NCBI GenBank assembly: GCA_038087875.1 | Contig: CM075991.1 | Coordinates: forward strand, 9,178,001-9,242,000 | Direction: 5' to 3' | Length of the DNA stretch: 64,000 nt | Source: Malacoraja senta | Lineage: Eukaryota | In this document: positions 1 to 12,512 of the stretch, piece by piece | Layout of the letters: each line of letters starts with the position of its first letter | How positions within the stretch are numbered: position 1 is the first letter of the stretch | Program-made: the position numbers and the translations under genes | Notes under the pieces: model-generated | The model's database searches: none | Told to the model about the DNA's origin: nothing | Seen by the model: only the letters and a program-made list of their open reading frames with translations

Positions 1-30
1 AAGTACCACAGTTGTAAAAACCTCTCCTCA

Positions 31-361
31 AAGCCCTGTCCCACGGTACGAGTTCATTCCAAGAGCTCTCCCGAGTTTGCCCTGATTCGAACTCGGAGAT
101 TGACGGTAATGGCCACTCGTCGGTACTCGGGGCTCTCGAGGACATTTTTCAACATGTTGAAAAATCTTCACGAGTCTTCCCAAGCTTACCTGCCGCTAGT
201 GAGTCTTCCCGAGTACCTGCCGTTAGCGTTACGAGCCGCTAAGAGACGTCCCCGAGCTCCGACGTACCCGCTACGTTCATTCTCCGTGCTTACCACGAGT
301 TTGATTTTTTTTTTAACTCGGGAGAGCTCTTGGAATGAACTCGTACCGTGGGACAGGGCTA
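31..361. mobile_element. PIF/Harbinger-type MITE, family A
   Basis: TIRs of about 45 bp (GCCCTGTCCCACGGTACGAGTTCATTCCAAGAGCTCTCCCGAGTT and its reverse complement), flanks TCA/TTA. Related copies at 12513, 15803, 34872 and 62146. Confidence 0.8.
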
Positions 362-504
362 TTAAGTGAACTTCAGGTGAAGAGACAATTGATGGGGTGT
401 GATGAGAGGCTGTTTCCCCTAATTGAAGTGAGTGTCTGTAAATAGAGGGTATAGTCTCAGAGTAAAACCTCAGCCATTCACTTCTGAGTTGAAAAGAACC
501 AACA

Positions 505-812
505 GCACAGTGGCACAGCTGGTAGAGCCGCTGACTCACGGCGCCAGGGACCCGGGTTCAATCCTGACCTTAGGTGCTGTTTGTGTGGAGTTTGCATGAT
601 CTCCCTGTGATTATGTGGGTTTCCTTCGGGTGCTCTGGTTTCCTCCCAAATTCCAAAGACGTGCGTGTCTGTAGGATAATTGACCGCTGTAAATTGCCCC
701 TAATGTGTAGGGAAAGTGGTAAAACGTAGAACTGATGTACGGGTGATCGATGGTCAGCGTGGACTCAGTGGGCCAGAGGGCCTGTTTCCATATTGGATTT
801 CCAAACTCGACT
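505..812 (+). mobile_element. tRNA-derived V-SINE (HE1-like)
   Basis: A-box TGGCACAGCTGG, B-box GGTTCAATCC, V-domain GTGTGGAGTTTGCATG..CTCCC..GTGGGTTTCC, and CR1-like tail GGGCC..AGGGCCTGTTTCC. Confidence 0.85.
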
Positions 813-854
813 AACCATATATCAGGCACAACGTAATTGCAGAATTGTTTAGAA

Positions 855-1620
855 AGGGGCGATGGCTGCCCTGCCGCCAGTCTGTTCGTTTTTTCACTCT
901 TTTTGTTATTTTTTAGTTTGTTAAAAGTTTTTGTTTTAATGTTCTTCGGTTTGTTTTATGTTTGAGGGAGGGGGTCGGGGGGAGGGGTTGGGGGAAACTT
1001 TTTTTCGGGTTCTTACCTTGGCAGAGATGTGATCCATTTTCGGATCACATTCTCCGGGCGCTCTGCGGCCTACCATCGCTGGAGCTGGAAGCCTCCTCGG
1101 ACTGACTTTGAGCCCCACCGCGGGGCGCGGACTTAACATCGGAGCTGATCCCTTGCCTGGGATCGCTCCCACCCCGACCGCTGCGGAATCACCATCAAGG
1201 GCTCGCAGTCTCGGGAGAGGCTAGTCAGGAGCACCAACGTCGCGGAAGGTTCGACCAGCCCCGACGCGAGGTTCGATCGCCCGGCGCAGGGGAGCTGACA
1301 AGCTCCCCCGATGCAGGAGCTGATCGCCTTGACACGGAGGGCCTGAACGCTGCTGGCTACGGGAGTTAAGATCATCCCATCAACGGAGGGCTCGAGGCCC
1401 ACGACCGAGGAAGAACTAAGGGAAGGACTTGAACTTTATTTCGCCTTCCATCACAGTGAGGAATGTGCAGGGGTCACTGTGGTGGATGTTCATGTTAAAA
1501 TGTGTTTTTGAGTGTTCTGTTGCTTTTAATTGTATGACTGACCTGGCCAGTGAAATTCCTCGTATGTTGCAAAACATACTTGGCGAATAAAGTGTGATTC
1601 TGATTCTGATTCTGATTCTG
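855..1620 (+). mobile_element. Non-autonomous retroposon with GC-rich body and (ATTCTG)n tail
   Basis: Ends AATAAA..(ATTCTG)4. The core GCCTTCCATCACAGTG..GTGGTGGATGTT is shared with 22845-23087 and 38735-39100. Confidence 0.55.
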
Positions 1621-2204
1621 AAAGCATAAAGTTGGGTCTTCAAAGGTAGTGGATGTGAGGAATTGGAGATACTAGTAAATATGGGGGCTATACCAAGAAC
1701 TTTAGCACTTTGTTGAGCTAGCTGCAGTTTTGTGCCAGTCAGAATTCCTGCAAGAGCCGGTGGAAATTCTCATCTGATTTGGATTGAACTTTGCCCCTGG
1801 AGGTGGAAAGACAATCGACCAACCAATCCATTTCTGGTTCTTGTGTTTAAGAGCATCATTATGGATTGCACTTACTGAAGAGATTGCTGACCATCCAACA
1901 AAAGCAGGCAATCAATAAGAAGCTATTATCAATAATGTTGATGAGAAAATGCATTGGGCCTTCAGCCTATTTAACTTTAAATTGAACAGGTTGTGTTAAC
2001 AATCATTAGGTCACTGGTGAAGATACTCTTTGAGTATTGTGGATGTGTACTACATGGATAGAACATGTATAGAGGGATTGGGGCCAAATGCAGGCAGGTG
2101 GGACTAGTGTAGATGGGACATGTTGGGCCAAAGGTCCTGGTTCCATGCTGTATAACTCTATGACACTGTGTGTGGGGTAAAGCATAAAGAACATTACATG
2201 TGGG

Positions 2205-2411
2205 TGTGTGTGGGAAGGATCGGCAGATGCTGGTTTACACCGAAGATAGACATAAAAAGCTGGAGTAACTCAGTGGGTCAGGCAGCATCTCGGGAGTTAA
2301 GGAATAGGTAACGTTTCAGGTCGAGACCCTTCTTCCTGAAACGTCACCTATTCCTTTTCTCCTGAAATGCTGCCTGACCCGCTGAGTTACTCCAGCATTT
2401 TGTGTCAATCT
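2205..2411. mobile_element. Penelope-derived short repeat, inverted pair
   Basis: GCTGGAGTAACTCAG..GCAGCATCT..ACGTTTC is followed by its reverse complement; the same motif forms the 3' end of the GIY-YIG-bearing copy at 41448-42036. Confidence 0.75.
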
Positions 2412-2627
2412 GACATATTGGAGTGTGTTTGGAGAATGGTTCCACATCTTCAAATGCAGGAAAGTGTATGATTGGAAGGCAATAGGATTCAGGTTTGTAA
2501 ACATTGAATTAGAAATGAGTAATTCAAATGTAAGTCGATGACTGAACTTGGAGTGGATGCTCAAAACGGAAGGGTTATAAGGTCATGTGATAGGAGCAGA
2601 ATTAGGCCATTCGGCCCATCAAGTCCA

Positions 2628-3012
2628 TTGAAACATGTAAGATTGTTAAGGGCTTAGACCCGCTAGAGGCAGGAAACATGTTCCCGATGTTGGGGGAGTC
2701 CAGAACCAGGGGCCACAGTTTAAGAATAAGGAGTAAGCCATTTAGAACGGAGACGAGGAAACACTTTTTCTCACAGAAAGTGGTGAGTCTGCGGAATTCT
2801 CTGCCTCAGAGGGCAGTGGAGGCAGGTTCTCCGGATGCTTTCAAGAGAGAGCGAGATAGGGCTCTTAAAAACAGCGGAGTCAGGGGATATGGGGAGAAGG
2901 CAGGGACGGTGTACTGATTGGGGATGATCAGCCATGATCTCAATGAATGGCGGTGCTGGCTCGAAGGGCCGAATGGCCTACTCCTGCACCTATTGTCTAT
3001 TGTCTATTGTCT
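2628..3012 (+). mobile_element. CR1-clade LINE 3' fragment (HER1-like) nested in an older CR1 tail
   Basis: ORF2 C-terminus SRTRGHSLRI..GYGEKAG, (ATTGTCT)n tail, TSD AAGTCCA at 2621 and 3013. Confidence 0.85.
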
Positions 3013-3665
3013 AAGTCCACTCCACCATTCAATCATGGCTGATCTATCTCTCCCTCCTAAACCCATTCTCCTGCCTTCTCCCCATAACCCCTGACACCCG
3101 CACTAATCAAGAATCTGTCCATCTCTGCCTTAAAAATATCCATTGACTTGGCCTCCACAACCTTCTGACCCTGATGCAGAAAAGTACAGGCGTGGAAAAG
3201 GCAGAGGAAATTTGTAGGGGATGAATGATGTGAAAAATAGAACTGCATTTTGCTCAGCAAATTCTTTTGAGCAGTGAGAAGTAAGATTGAACAAGTCTCA
3301 TTTGGTATGCTTGTGGGACAGACACTTTTCATTTCCCATTAGTACTTCCCTATAAATGTAATCAACTAAATCTATTTTAGTGAGGCAATCCATCTACCCT
3401 TATTTAATGGAAGCAAAAAGACATGTTACATTCTGAAGGTTCCGTGGACAATCTCGTATAAATGTATCCTGACAAATAATTTAATTTTATTTGCTAAAGA
3501 AATAGGATTTTTTGTCTCCAATTTTGTGCATTAAATAGGAGGTTAGAATACACAATTTGTTGTTCGGTGTCTTTACCCATTATAGACAATGGTCTTGACT
3601 TGTGGTATCTGATAGATAGTTTCTTATATTCTCTATCCAGGCTTTTATTCTGTACATTATAGTGC

Positions 3666-4203
3666 GGCACGGTGGCGCAGCGGTAGAGTTGCTGTCTTAA
3701 AGGGCCTGTCCCACTTTCACGACCTAATTCACGACCTTTTTTACTCGTGGACATTTTTCATCGTGCTAGAAAAACGCCCCGACCTGCTTGATGCCACGAG
3801 TACCTACGACTAGCATCACGGCCTGCTACGACCTACCTACGACCTCCTACGACCTCCTATGACCTCGTAACGACCATGCTGCGAGTATGAGTCAGGGGCA
3901 AACTCGGCAGAGGTCGTGAATTAGGTGGTGAAAGTGGGACAGGTCCTTTACAGCGCTTACAGCGCCAGAGACCCGGGTTCAATCCTGACTATGGGTGCAG
4001 TCTGTATGGAATTTATACGTTCCCCCCGTGACCTGCGTGGGTTTTCTCCGAGATCTTCGGTTTCCCCCCAGACTCCAAAGACGTACATGTTTATCGGTTA
4101 ACTGGCTTGGTATGAATGTAAAATTGTCCCTAGTGTGTGCAGGATGGTGTTATTGTGCGGGGATCGCTGGTCGGTTTTGTTTCCCTAAACTAAACCAGAC
4201 TAA
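3666..4203 (+). mobile_element. V-SINE (HE1-like) interrupted by a MITE
   Basis: The SINE head GGCACGGTGGCGCAGCGGTAGAG resumes after the MITE at 3948; (CTAAA)n tail. Confidence 0.85.
3701..3947. mobile_element. PIF/Harbinger-type MITE, family B
   Basis: TIR AGGGCCTGTCCCACTTTCACGACCTAATTCACGACCT, TWA flanks. A second copy lies in the opposite orientation at 36713. Confidence 0.8.
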
Positions 4204-4645
4204 ATATCCAATGAAATATTTGTTCCCTCTTATTTATATTGCCACCCTTGCTCTCCATATGCAATTCAGAATGGCTCTCGTACGAAGGGACATATTTATA
4301 GATAATATTATCAAGAATTGCTTCTGAGATGCTTACTTTTTTTGGTTTAGGATTATTATTGTCACATTCACGTGCACCGAGGTACAGTGAAAAGCTTTGG
4401 TTTGCATGCTATCCAGTCAAATCAGATAACACTACACATTGAATACAATCAAGCCAAACCCGTACAATAGGTAGAGTGAAGAGATAGATACAGAGTGCAG
4501 AATACAGTTTGCAGCATTGTACTGATATTAAATATACAGGCACTGTGCTGTATAGAGCTTGATTTTTTTTTGTTTACTTTAATTTATTGACACATGTGCC
4601 GAGGTACAGAGAAAAGTTTTTGTTGCGTACAAAACCAGCCAGCGG

Positions 4646-4949
4646 GAATAGACAATAGACAATAGACAATGGGTGCAGGAGTAGGCCATTCGGCCCTTCG
4701 AGCCAGCACCGCCATTCAATGTGATCATGGCTGATCATCCCCAATCAGTACCCCGTTCCTGCCTTCTCCCCATATCCCCTGACTCCGCTATTTTTAAGAG
4801 CCCTATCTAGCTCTCTCTTGAAAGCATCCAGAGAACCGACCTCCACCGCCCTCTGAGGCAGAGAATTCCACAGACTCACCACTCTCTGTGAGAAAAAGTG
4901 TTTCCTCGTCTCCGTTCTAAATGGCTTACTCCTTATTCTTAAACTGTGG
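4646..4949 (-). mobile_element. CR1-clade LINE 3' fragment inside a Rex1/Babar 3' UTR repeat
   Basis: ORF 4745-4957 matches the CR1 ORF2 C-terminus; (AATAGAC)n tail on the + strand. Confidence 0.85.
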
Positions 4950-5039
4950 GAAGACAATACATGATTACAATCAAGCCATTCGCTGTGTACAGATGCATGA
5001 TAATGGAATAACGTTTATGGTGCTTCAGATCCCGGTGTT

Positions 5040-5440
5040 CTAGGGGCTGTGTATTCAAGGGAACCTGCTATTCACAGGGTTTGCTGTAGGATCTCAATAA
5101 CGTACATAAAGTTTGCAATTGTCTGGAAGGCTATTATTTTTAGAATAAACATAGACTGCTATTCTATGTTCACAGGGCTTGTTATTCATCACAGTATTCA
5201 TGGCAAGTGCTATTCCCCATACAGTGCACAAGGAATTTTATTTACTAAATTGGATACAGAGACTGCCATTCTCCAGAATATACACAGAGGCTGTTATCCT
5301 CTATAACATACTTATAGCCTGTTATTCTTCATAGAGCTTCTATCTTCCATAATGCACATGGCCTTCCATTTCATAATATTCATAGGAGCTGTTATTCTTT
5401 ATAATAGACACAGGGGCTGCTGTTCCTTTAGAATCTACAA
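5040..5440. repeat. Highly degenerate ~28-bp minisatellite
   Basis: Recurrent GGCTGTTATTC(T)..ATAATAT/ACAC units; the same pattern recurs at about 6080-6185. Confidence 0.5.
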
Positions 5441-5557
5441 TAGAAAGAGCTGAGAAATTGAATGTTATCTCTGAATCACACTGGAGCAATAGTGATCGGA
5501 TCGCGAGCCGGCCTTGCATTGCCGTCTATGTGGCACCCTTGAAAGGGAAAATAACAA

Positions 5558-5765
5558 ACTTGGAGGTGGACGCAAAATGCCGGAGTAACTCAGCGGGACG
5601 GGCGGCATCTCTGGAGAGAAAGAATTGGGTGACATTTCCCCTCTTCAGACTGAGAGGGAGACTAGAGATATAGAGGGGTAAGGTGTGAGAACGACAGATC
5701 AAAGTAGACAACGATCAAGGAAATGTAGAATGGTTCATTGCTAGCTGAGGGGAAGGTATACAATG
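5558..5765 (-). mobile_element. Penelope-derived fragment
   Basis: AAAATGCCGGAGTAACTCAGCGGG..GCATCTCTGGAGAGAA..CTTCAGACTGA followed by the purine-rich flank also seen, reversed, at 37560-37710. Confidence 0.7.
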
Positions 5766-6361
5766 TGTAACATTGCAACCATGTTTTAACCCAAGCAGAC
5801 CTGGAGGAATTGCAAATAGCGATCTCCAGTTATTTCAACACTGCCAAATTCCAAGAGCTTGCTTCTATTCAGAAAGGAGAAAGGGGGCACTTTGCTGATA
5901 GTATTGTCAGCAAGAAGTCTTGCTCTAAGCATTGTCATTAATTCTTGTTGCCGATGAGCCTGACAGTGTTGGTATTTTATTTGCACTCTGTAGTGAGTGA
6001 AATTTGAAGTCTATTCTTGCCTGGAAAGCAGTTATTTGCCACAATATATGTCGACTGCTTTTCTGTAATGTTAACATGGGTTATTATTTATAACTGTATA
6101 TACAGAGACCATTATTCTCTAGGCAACACATGAGGACTGTTATACACTAAACTGATACAGAGACTGCTGTCCTCTAGAATATACCTACGATGAGATACAA
6201 CCCTAGTTTAACTCAGCGGTTCTTCTTCTTCTTGCGTATGGCGTGCACAGCCTAAAGTTGTAGGACTACTTGTTCTATTTGATCTTATTTGATTGTGCAC
6301 ACTGGGTTGATTGCATTTGTCAAAACAGGGCAGACCACGTGAAGGTTGCAATCTCCCACCC

Positions 6362-6575
6362 CAACTCAGCGGGTCAGGCACCATCTCTGGAGAATAAGAA
6401 TAGGTGATGTTTTGGGTCAGAAACATTCTTCCGCCACTTCAGTCTGACGAAGGGTTCCGACTCGAATCGACACCTATTCTTTTTCTCCAGAGATGCTGCC
6501 TGACACGCTGAGTTACTCCAGCATTTTACGTCTATACTCGGTATCAAACAGCATCTGCAGTTCCTTCCTACGCAT
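6362..6575. mobile_element. Penelope-derived short repeat, inverted pair
   Basis: Two opposed copies with a degenerate CTGACGA..GAA core. Confidence 0.7.
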
Positions 6576-6776
6576 AAAATCCTAGTCGTTGCTTTTCAAA
6601 CTTCAGCTGCAGCAGGGATAACTTGAGTAGATGATCACTTCAGGTTAGATAAATACATGAGTATATGAGACAGTTGTTCACTTTAAGCATCTGAACACCA
6701 GTGTGGTCTGTCCGTCTAGATTTCGCATATCTCCAAAAAGCCTTGGGTTGCTCTCCCCAAAGAATAGAATAAACAT

Positions 6777-7000
6777 GTTGTCTATTCACTGGAATTTAGA
6801 AGGATGAGAGGTAATCTTATAGAAACGTATAAAATTCTTAAGGGATTGGACAGGCTAGATGCAGGAAAAATGTTCCCAATGTTGGGGGAAGTCCAGAACC
6901 AGGGGTCACAGTTTAAGAATAAGGGGTAGGCCATTTAGGACTGAGATGAGGAAAAACATTTTCACCCAGAGAGTTGTGAATCTGTGGAATTCTTAAAGGC
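6777..7000 (+). mobile_element. CR1-clade LINE fragment
   Basis: Encodes YSLEFRRMRGNLIETYKILKGLDRLDAGKMFP. Confidence 0.85.
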
Positions 7001-7123
7001 AGTGGAGAATAAGAATAGGTGTCCCAGCAACTCAAATTTCTCAGAGTGAAAATTTAAGAGAAATTCCCATCCAGTTCTGCGAAAAATAATCTCTGGATAA
7101 TTTCCCTCCAGCCTCCTAAACAA

Positions 7124-7425
7124 GGTGGCGCAGCGGTAGGGTTGCTGCCTTGCAGCGCTTGCTGCACCAGAGACCCAGGTTCGATCCCAGCTGTGGGTGC
7201 TGTCTGTACAGTGTTTGTACGTTCTCCCCGTGACCTGCGTGGGTTTTCTCCGAGATCTTCGGTTTCCTCCCACAATCCAAAGATGTACAGGTTTGCAGGT
7301 TAATTGGCATGGTGTATGTCGGTGTGTGCAGGATAGAATTAATGTCGGGGGTCGCTGGTCGGCGCAAACCCGGTGGGCCGAAGGGCCTGTTTCCCCCCTG
7401 TATCTCTAAACTAAACTAATCTAAC
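7124..7425 (+). mobile_element. V-SINE (HE1-like), near full length
   Basis: tRNA head, V-domain, CR1-like tail and (CTAAA)n. Confidence 0.85.
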
Positions 7426-7979
7426 TCAAAGGTAGACAAAAATGCTGGAGACACTCAGCGGGTGAGGCAGCATCTATGGAGCGAAGGAAATAGGCAACGT
7501 TTCGGGTCAAGACCCTTCTTCTTCACCTATTCGAAACCCTTCTTCAGACAGTTCCTTCTTAAACAATAACCTAAATCAAGCAAGCTCTTGGAGCTCAAAT
7601 ATGAACGTACCTCCTGCCCAGTCCATAAAAAAAAATGGTGGTGTCTCTATCTTTAACGCAATTTCCTCCAGAAGCTGATAACAGTGTGAAAATAAATGTT
7701 TTTCTGGCATTTAATCTAATGTACTTCCGAACAACTTTATATCTGTGATGTCCTGTCCTGACAGCCCAATCGATTTCGGTATTCTAGAGTAAAGTATCTT
7801 ATTCAAACCTTCAGCTATTCCACCTCCAAATATCTTCATTGTAACTTCACTCCTTGGAGCCCATTGCTGTAATGGAATATTCATGAAAGAGTTTAAGGCC
7901 TCAATATCTTAAGCTCTTTGTTTTTTTTAAATAATGTTTGGGTACCAAAGAATGCAGGGTTAGCCCAGTAAAATAAGTG

Positions 7980-8242
7980 TTTAGGATTTAGTTTTAGAGG
8001 CACAACGTGGAAACAGGCCCTTCGGCCCACCGAGTCCGCGCCAATCAACATTAGGGACAATTTACAGAAGCCAATTAACCTACGAACCTGCATGTCTTTG
8101 GAACGTGGGAGGGAACCAGAGCTCCCGGTGAAATCCTATGCAGTCACGGGGAAAACGTACAACCTCCGCACATATAGCACCTGTAGTCAGGATTGAACCC
8201 GGCTTTCTGGTGCTGTAAGACAGCAACTCAACTGCTGCACCA
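7980..8242 (-). mobile_element. V-SINE (HE1-like)
   Basis: Reverse complement of the SINE pattern. Confidence 0.8.
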
Positions 8243-8334
8243 CTCAGATAAAAGATCGGATGTGACCTCGCCAAATGTAAGGAACAGGCACAAGGGGCTG
8301 AATGGCCTCCTCCTGCTGCTATTCCTTAGTTACT

Positions 8335-8852
8335 TATAATATTCTTCAGAATAAATTGGAATAAAAGTGAAATTATGTCACTAAAACCGAAAGACTCAAC
8401 ACATCTTTTAAAATTCCCTTTTAAAATAGCTACAGAAAAATTTAAATACTTGGGTATTGAAATCACCAGAACATATCAAGGCATGTTCAAAGCAAATTAT
8501 GATCCTCTACTTAATAAATTAAATACATTAATTACATTTTGGAAAACGCTACCGATGTCTTTAATAGGCCGAATAAATGCAATAAAAATGATCTTCTTAC
8601 CACAAATTTTATACCTATTTCAATCGATTCCTATATATCTACCAAAGAAGTTTTTTTTTAAATTGGACTCAGACATTACTAATTTTATATGGGACTATAA
8701 ATCCCATAGAATACAAAGAACACACTTGAACAAAGCTAAAGTATTAGGGGGCTTAGCACTCCCTAACTTCATGTATTATTATTGGTCAGTAAATATTAAA
8801 AATATGATCCAACTGATGGACAACTCTGCCCAGCAAGTGGACTGGATTAAAT
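8335..8852 (+). mobile_element. L1-clade LINE ORF2 internal fragment
   Basis: ORF 8375-8896 contains FKYLGI..SLIGRINAIKMIFLPQILYLFQSIP..NFIW..GGLALPNFMYYYW, typical of the post-RT region of vertebrate L1 ORF2. Confidence 0.9.
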
Positions 8853-8944
8853 GGACAATTGAGGGCTCTGGGGAAATGGCAAAGAAGATGCGTTGAGGCC
8901 AGCATAGATCAGCCTTGATCTTATCAAATGGTGGGGCTGGCTGG

Positions 8945-9335
8945 AGGAGACTTAACACATGATGAACGCTTGACGGTCCCGGGCCTGTACTCGCTAGAGT
9001 TTAGAAGGATGAGCGGGATCCTCATTGAAACTTGCCAAACAGTGAAAGGCCTGGATAGAGTGGTTGCAGAGAGGATGTTTCCACTGGTGCAAGGATCTAG
9101 AACCAGAGGCCAGAGCCTCATAATTAAAGGACATATCTTTAGATGGGAGATGAGGAGGAATTTCGCTAGTCAGAGGGTGGTGAATCTGTGGAATTAATTG
9201 CCACAAGACTGTGGGGGCCAGGTCAATGGATACTTTTAAGGTGGATGTTCTTGATTAGTAAGAGTGTCAAAGTTTAGAGGGAGAACGCAGGAGAGTGGGG
9301 TTGAGAGGGAAAGATAGATCAGCCATGGTTGAAGC
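8945..9335 (+). mobile_element. CR1-clade LINE 3' fragment
   Basis: ORF 8928-9197: GLYSLEFRRM..SRTRGQSL..QRVVNLWN. Confidence 0.85.
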
Positions 9336-9417
9336 TGCTCCTACAATGTATGAAGTTATAAGCCTGTTGTCCTCCTCCTGCTCCCATCTTCTTGTGTTTC
9401 TGTATATCATAATCTAA

Positions 9418-9660
9418 GGTTCTGGCCCTTTTATAGACTGCGGGAATACATGCTGAGGGACTCGTTGAAGCTCCGTGCAGCCAACGCCAAGGCTCTGTGG
9501 TGGCAGAGGACCAGAGACTAGGGTCCTTCCACAGTGGTACATTGGAGGGGGGGGGGTACATTGGGGGGGGGGGGCACGGTCTGTTGGAGACGCCACTGGA
9601 ACAAGAGAAGGGTTATCACCCCAGGGGGGCACATGAATGGCAAGGAAGCTGGGTGCAAGG
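9418..9660 (+). mobile_element. Tx1-like (L1 group) 3' fragment
   Basis: Encodes RLREYMLRDSLKLRAANAKALW, resembling a Tx1 ORF2 C-terminus; a related copy lies at 58880-59180. Confidence 0.55.
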
Positions 9661-9852
9661 ATAGCTTGCAAACACTACCGAATATCACACTATTGAATGT
9701 CAGAAGTGTTTTGGCCTGTGCTTGTTTTGTAATTCATCTTCTTATGCTGAATAAAGTTTCTTCTTTGAAACGGAAAGTCATAAGCAAGATAGACACAGAA
9801 AGCAGGAGTAACTCAGCGGGACAGGCGCCATCTCTGGAGACAAGGAAAGGGT

Positions 9853-9880
9853 GACGTTTCGGGTCGAGACCCTTCTTCAG
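9853..9880 (-). ncRNA. Minimal hammerhead-ribozyme-like motif in a Penelope-derived repeat
   Basis: The minus strand reads CTGAAGA-A-GGGTCTCGACCC-GAAA-CG-TC. Confidence 0.5.
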
Positions 9881-10513
9881 ACCTAAGAGAGTCTTAAGCA
9901 AGGTCAGGTTAAGAGAGAGATGCTCGTTTAGAAAAACATCCACTCTAACAAAAGCGGAACATGTTAGAAGCACTCAGTAGATCAGGCAGCACCTGTGGAT
10001 GGAGAAACAGGTAAGGTTTCTGATCTCTTTCCGCAGATGCTGTCTGGCCTGCTGAGTATTTCCTGCATTTTCATAACTAACCTTTCAGCACTATCATAAT
10101 TTTGATTTTCATTGGATTCTTTTTTTAGGGAATGTGGGATATGAAAATGGGAGTACAGTGTCCCAGGAGTGGGAACTGACCATGTACGAGCAACAAAGTC
10201 ACGGTACAATGCCGTTCCGTTTGCCGATTCGTTCCGTTTATTAGGCCACAAAGTCATAGAGCACCGAAATAGGCCCTTTGATTCAACTTGTCCATGCTTA
10301 CCAAAGCACCCTGTATTGTATACGCTATTCCCATTTGCCCACATTTGGCTCAGACCCCTCTAAACCATGTACCTGTCCTAATGTCTATTAAAAGCTGTTA
10401 TTGTACCTATGTACGTCAACTGTTTCACCCAGCAGCTCATTCCATGTTCCCACCACCCTTTGTGTGCAGGTTGCCTCTACTGTGTAGGTGGGTGGTGGGT
10501 TCTGGGGAGAGTT

Positions 10514-10835
10514 AGTCAAGTCAAGTCAAGTCAATTTTATTTCTATAGCACATTTAAAAACAACTCACGTTGACCAAAGTGCTTTACATCAGTGCAGATA
10601 CTAATGTGCTACATACAGTGGTACACAGACCTAACAATACATACACAAACTGTTTACAGCGACCCCTCAGAGGGCCTCAAAAACGCTTCGGGAGTAGAAA
10701 TAGGTCTTGAGCCTCGACTTAAAGGAGTGGATGGAGGGGGCAGTTCTGATGAGGAGAGGGATGCTGTTCCACAGTCTAGGTGCTGCAACCGCAAAAGCGC
10801 GGTCACCCCTGAGCTTAAACCTGGACCGCGGGATA
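10514..10835 (-). mobile_element. L2-clade LINE 3' fragment
   Basis: (GTCAA)n tail; matches the reverse complement of the end of 27194-27910 (RGDRAFAVAAPRLWNSIP). Confidence 0.85.
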
Positions 10836-11109
10836 GTCAGTTGATGGGAATGTGAGGGAGTAAGAAAAAAGGAGAGTTAATAATAATAATAATAATGGAT
10901 GGGATTTATATATGATGGACTTGATGATGGGAACAGACATGCTGTTCCAAAGATCTTGTTTCCAAACTCTTTCAACGCCTTCATTATGCTTGTTTCAATT
11001 ATGTTTGGCTGCCCATTATCCTTCCTCCAGTTTCTTGACAATCAGATGTTATAGTCTGGATATGGATCTCTGCTTCTTTGAGCAGCTTTATAAAGGCACT
11101 TAGGGTTTA

Positions 11110-11302
11110 TTTAAGAAAGAACTGCAGATGCTGGAAAAATCGAAGGTAGACAAAAATGCTGGAGAAACTCAGCGGGTGAGGCAGCATCTATGGAGCGAAG
11201 GAATAGGTGACGTTTCGGGTCAAGACTCTTCTTCATCGCCTGTTCCTTCGCTCCATAGATGCTGTCTCACCTGCTGAGTTTCTCCAGCTTTTTTGTCTAC
11301 CT
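11110..11302. mobile_element. Penelope-derived short repeat, inverted pair
   Basis: Two opposed copies with TSD-like flanks TAGGGTTTA/TAAGGTTTA. Confidence 0.75.
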
Positions 11303-11347
11303 AAGGTTTAATTAATCTCCTTTCGTCTCAGAGTCAGAATGGTCACT

Positions 11348-11665
11348 GTTTAGTTTGGTTTAGTTGAGAGATACCGCGCGGAAACAGGCCCTTCGGCCCA
11401 CCAGGTCCGCGCAGGCCTGCAATCCCCACACAGTAACACTATCCTACACACACTCGGGACAATTTACAATTTTTTTACCAAGCCATTTAGCCTACAAACC
11501 TGTATGGCTTTGGAGCGTGGGAGGAAACCGGAGATCCTGGAGAAAACCCACGCAGGTCACGGGGTGAACGTGCAAACTCCGTACAGACAGCATTCGTAGT
11601 CAGGATGGAACCCGGGTCTCTGGCGCTGTAAAGCAGCAACTTTACCGCAGCGCCACCATGCCGCC
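11348..11665 (-). mobile_element. V-SINE (HE1-like), full length
   Basis: Reverse complement of the SINE, with a (TTTAG)n tail. Confidence 0.85.
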
Positions 11666-12512
11666 CCTTGACCATTTGCTTGACAATTATCTGTTATAGT
11701 CACAGCGAGATATCCTTTGGATCTCTGCTGTCTGAAGCAGGGTCTCGACCCGAGACGTCACCCATTCCTTCTCTCCAGAGATGCTGCCTGTCCCGCTGAG
11801 TTACTCCAGCTTTTTGTGTCTATCTGCTTCCTTGAGCATCTGTATAAAGACACTGTATAAAGACACTCATTTAATCTCCTTGAGTCTCAGTGACAGGAGT
11901 CGAGCCTGTTCTTTAGTAGTAATTTAAACGTCTATTTTTGGTAAACATTACTGATTATCTAAAAGAATTCTACAATGCACCCCTCTCTTAACAATAGTTC
12001 CTCAGAGATAATGCTAACGTTACTCTTTCAGCAGCTTTCAGTTGCCCCGTGGGCTAAAATGCCACATCAAAATGCAATGTAATGAACCTCACTGCGAATG
12101 TTACAGTTATGTAATGGGTGTGCTACAGATCTCTGAAATGGCCCAGCAAATCGTAGCCCAGGGTGCAGTTAAGGATAGGTAACAAAATGTGCAGGAATGA
12201 ACTGCAGATGCTGGCTTATACCAAAGATAGACACAAAATGCTGGAGTAACTCACTTTGGACTTCACTTCTGATGCCCACAACCTATTAGTCAGTAAGTCG
12301 TTCACTAGTTCATTCATAAGGTCAGGAGGTCATAAGGAATATAGAATTAGGCCATTCGGCCCATCAAGTCTACCCCTCCATTCAATCCTAAGCCCATTCT
12401 CCTGCCTTCTCTCCATAATCTCTGACATCGCTTACTCATTCCTTACATGGATGAATGTATGGGGATTAATTCCATTTAATTTCCAAAGAACAAACAACAC
12501 TCTGGAGGATAA

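Noticed and set aside
505..580. tRNA genes at SINE heads (here and at about 25 similar sites)
   Set aside because: A/B boxes are present but run directly into the V-domain and LINE-like tail; these are SINEs.
5780..5942. Protein-like open frame (ADLEELQIAISSYFNTAKFQELASIQKG..)
   Set aside because: About 55 codons bounded by stops, with no convincing splice pair and no recognised homology.
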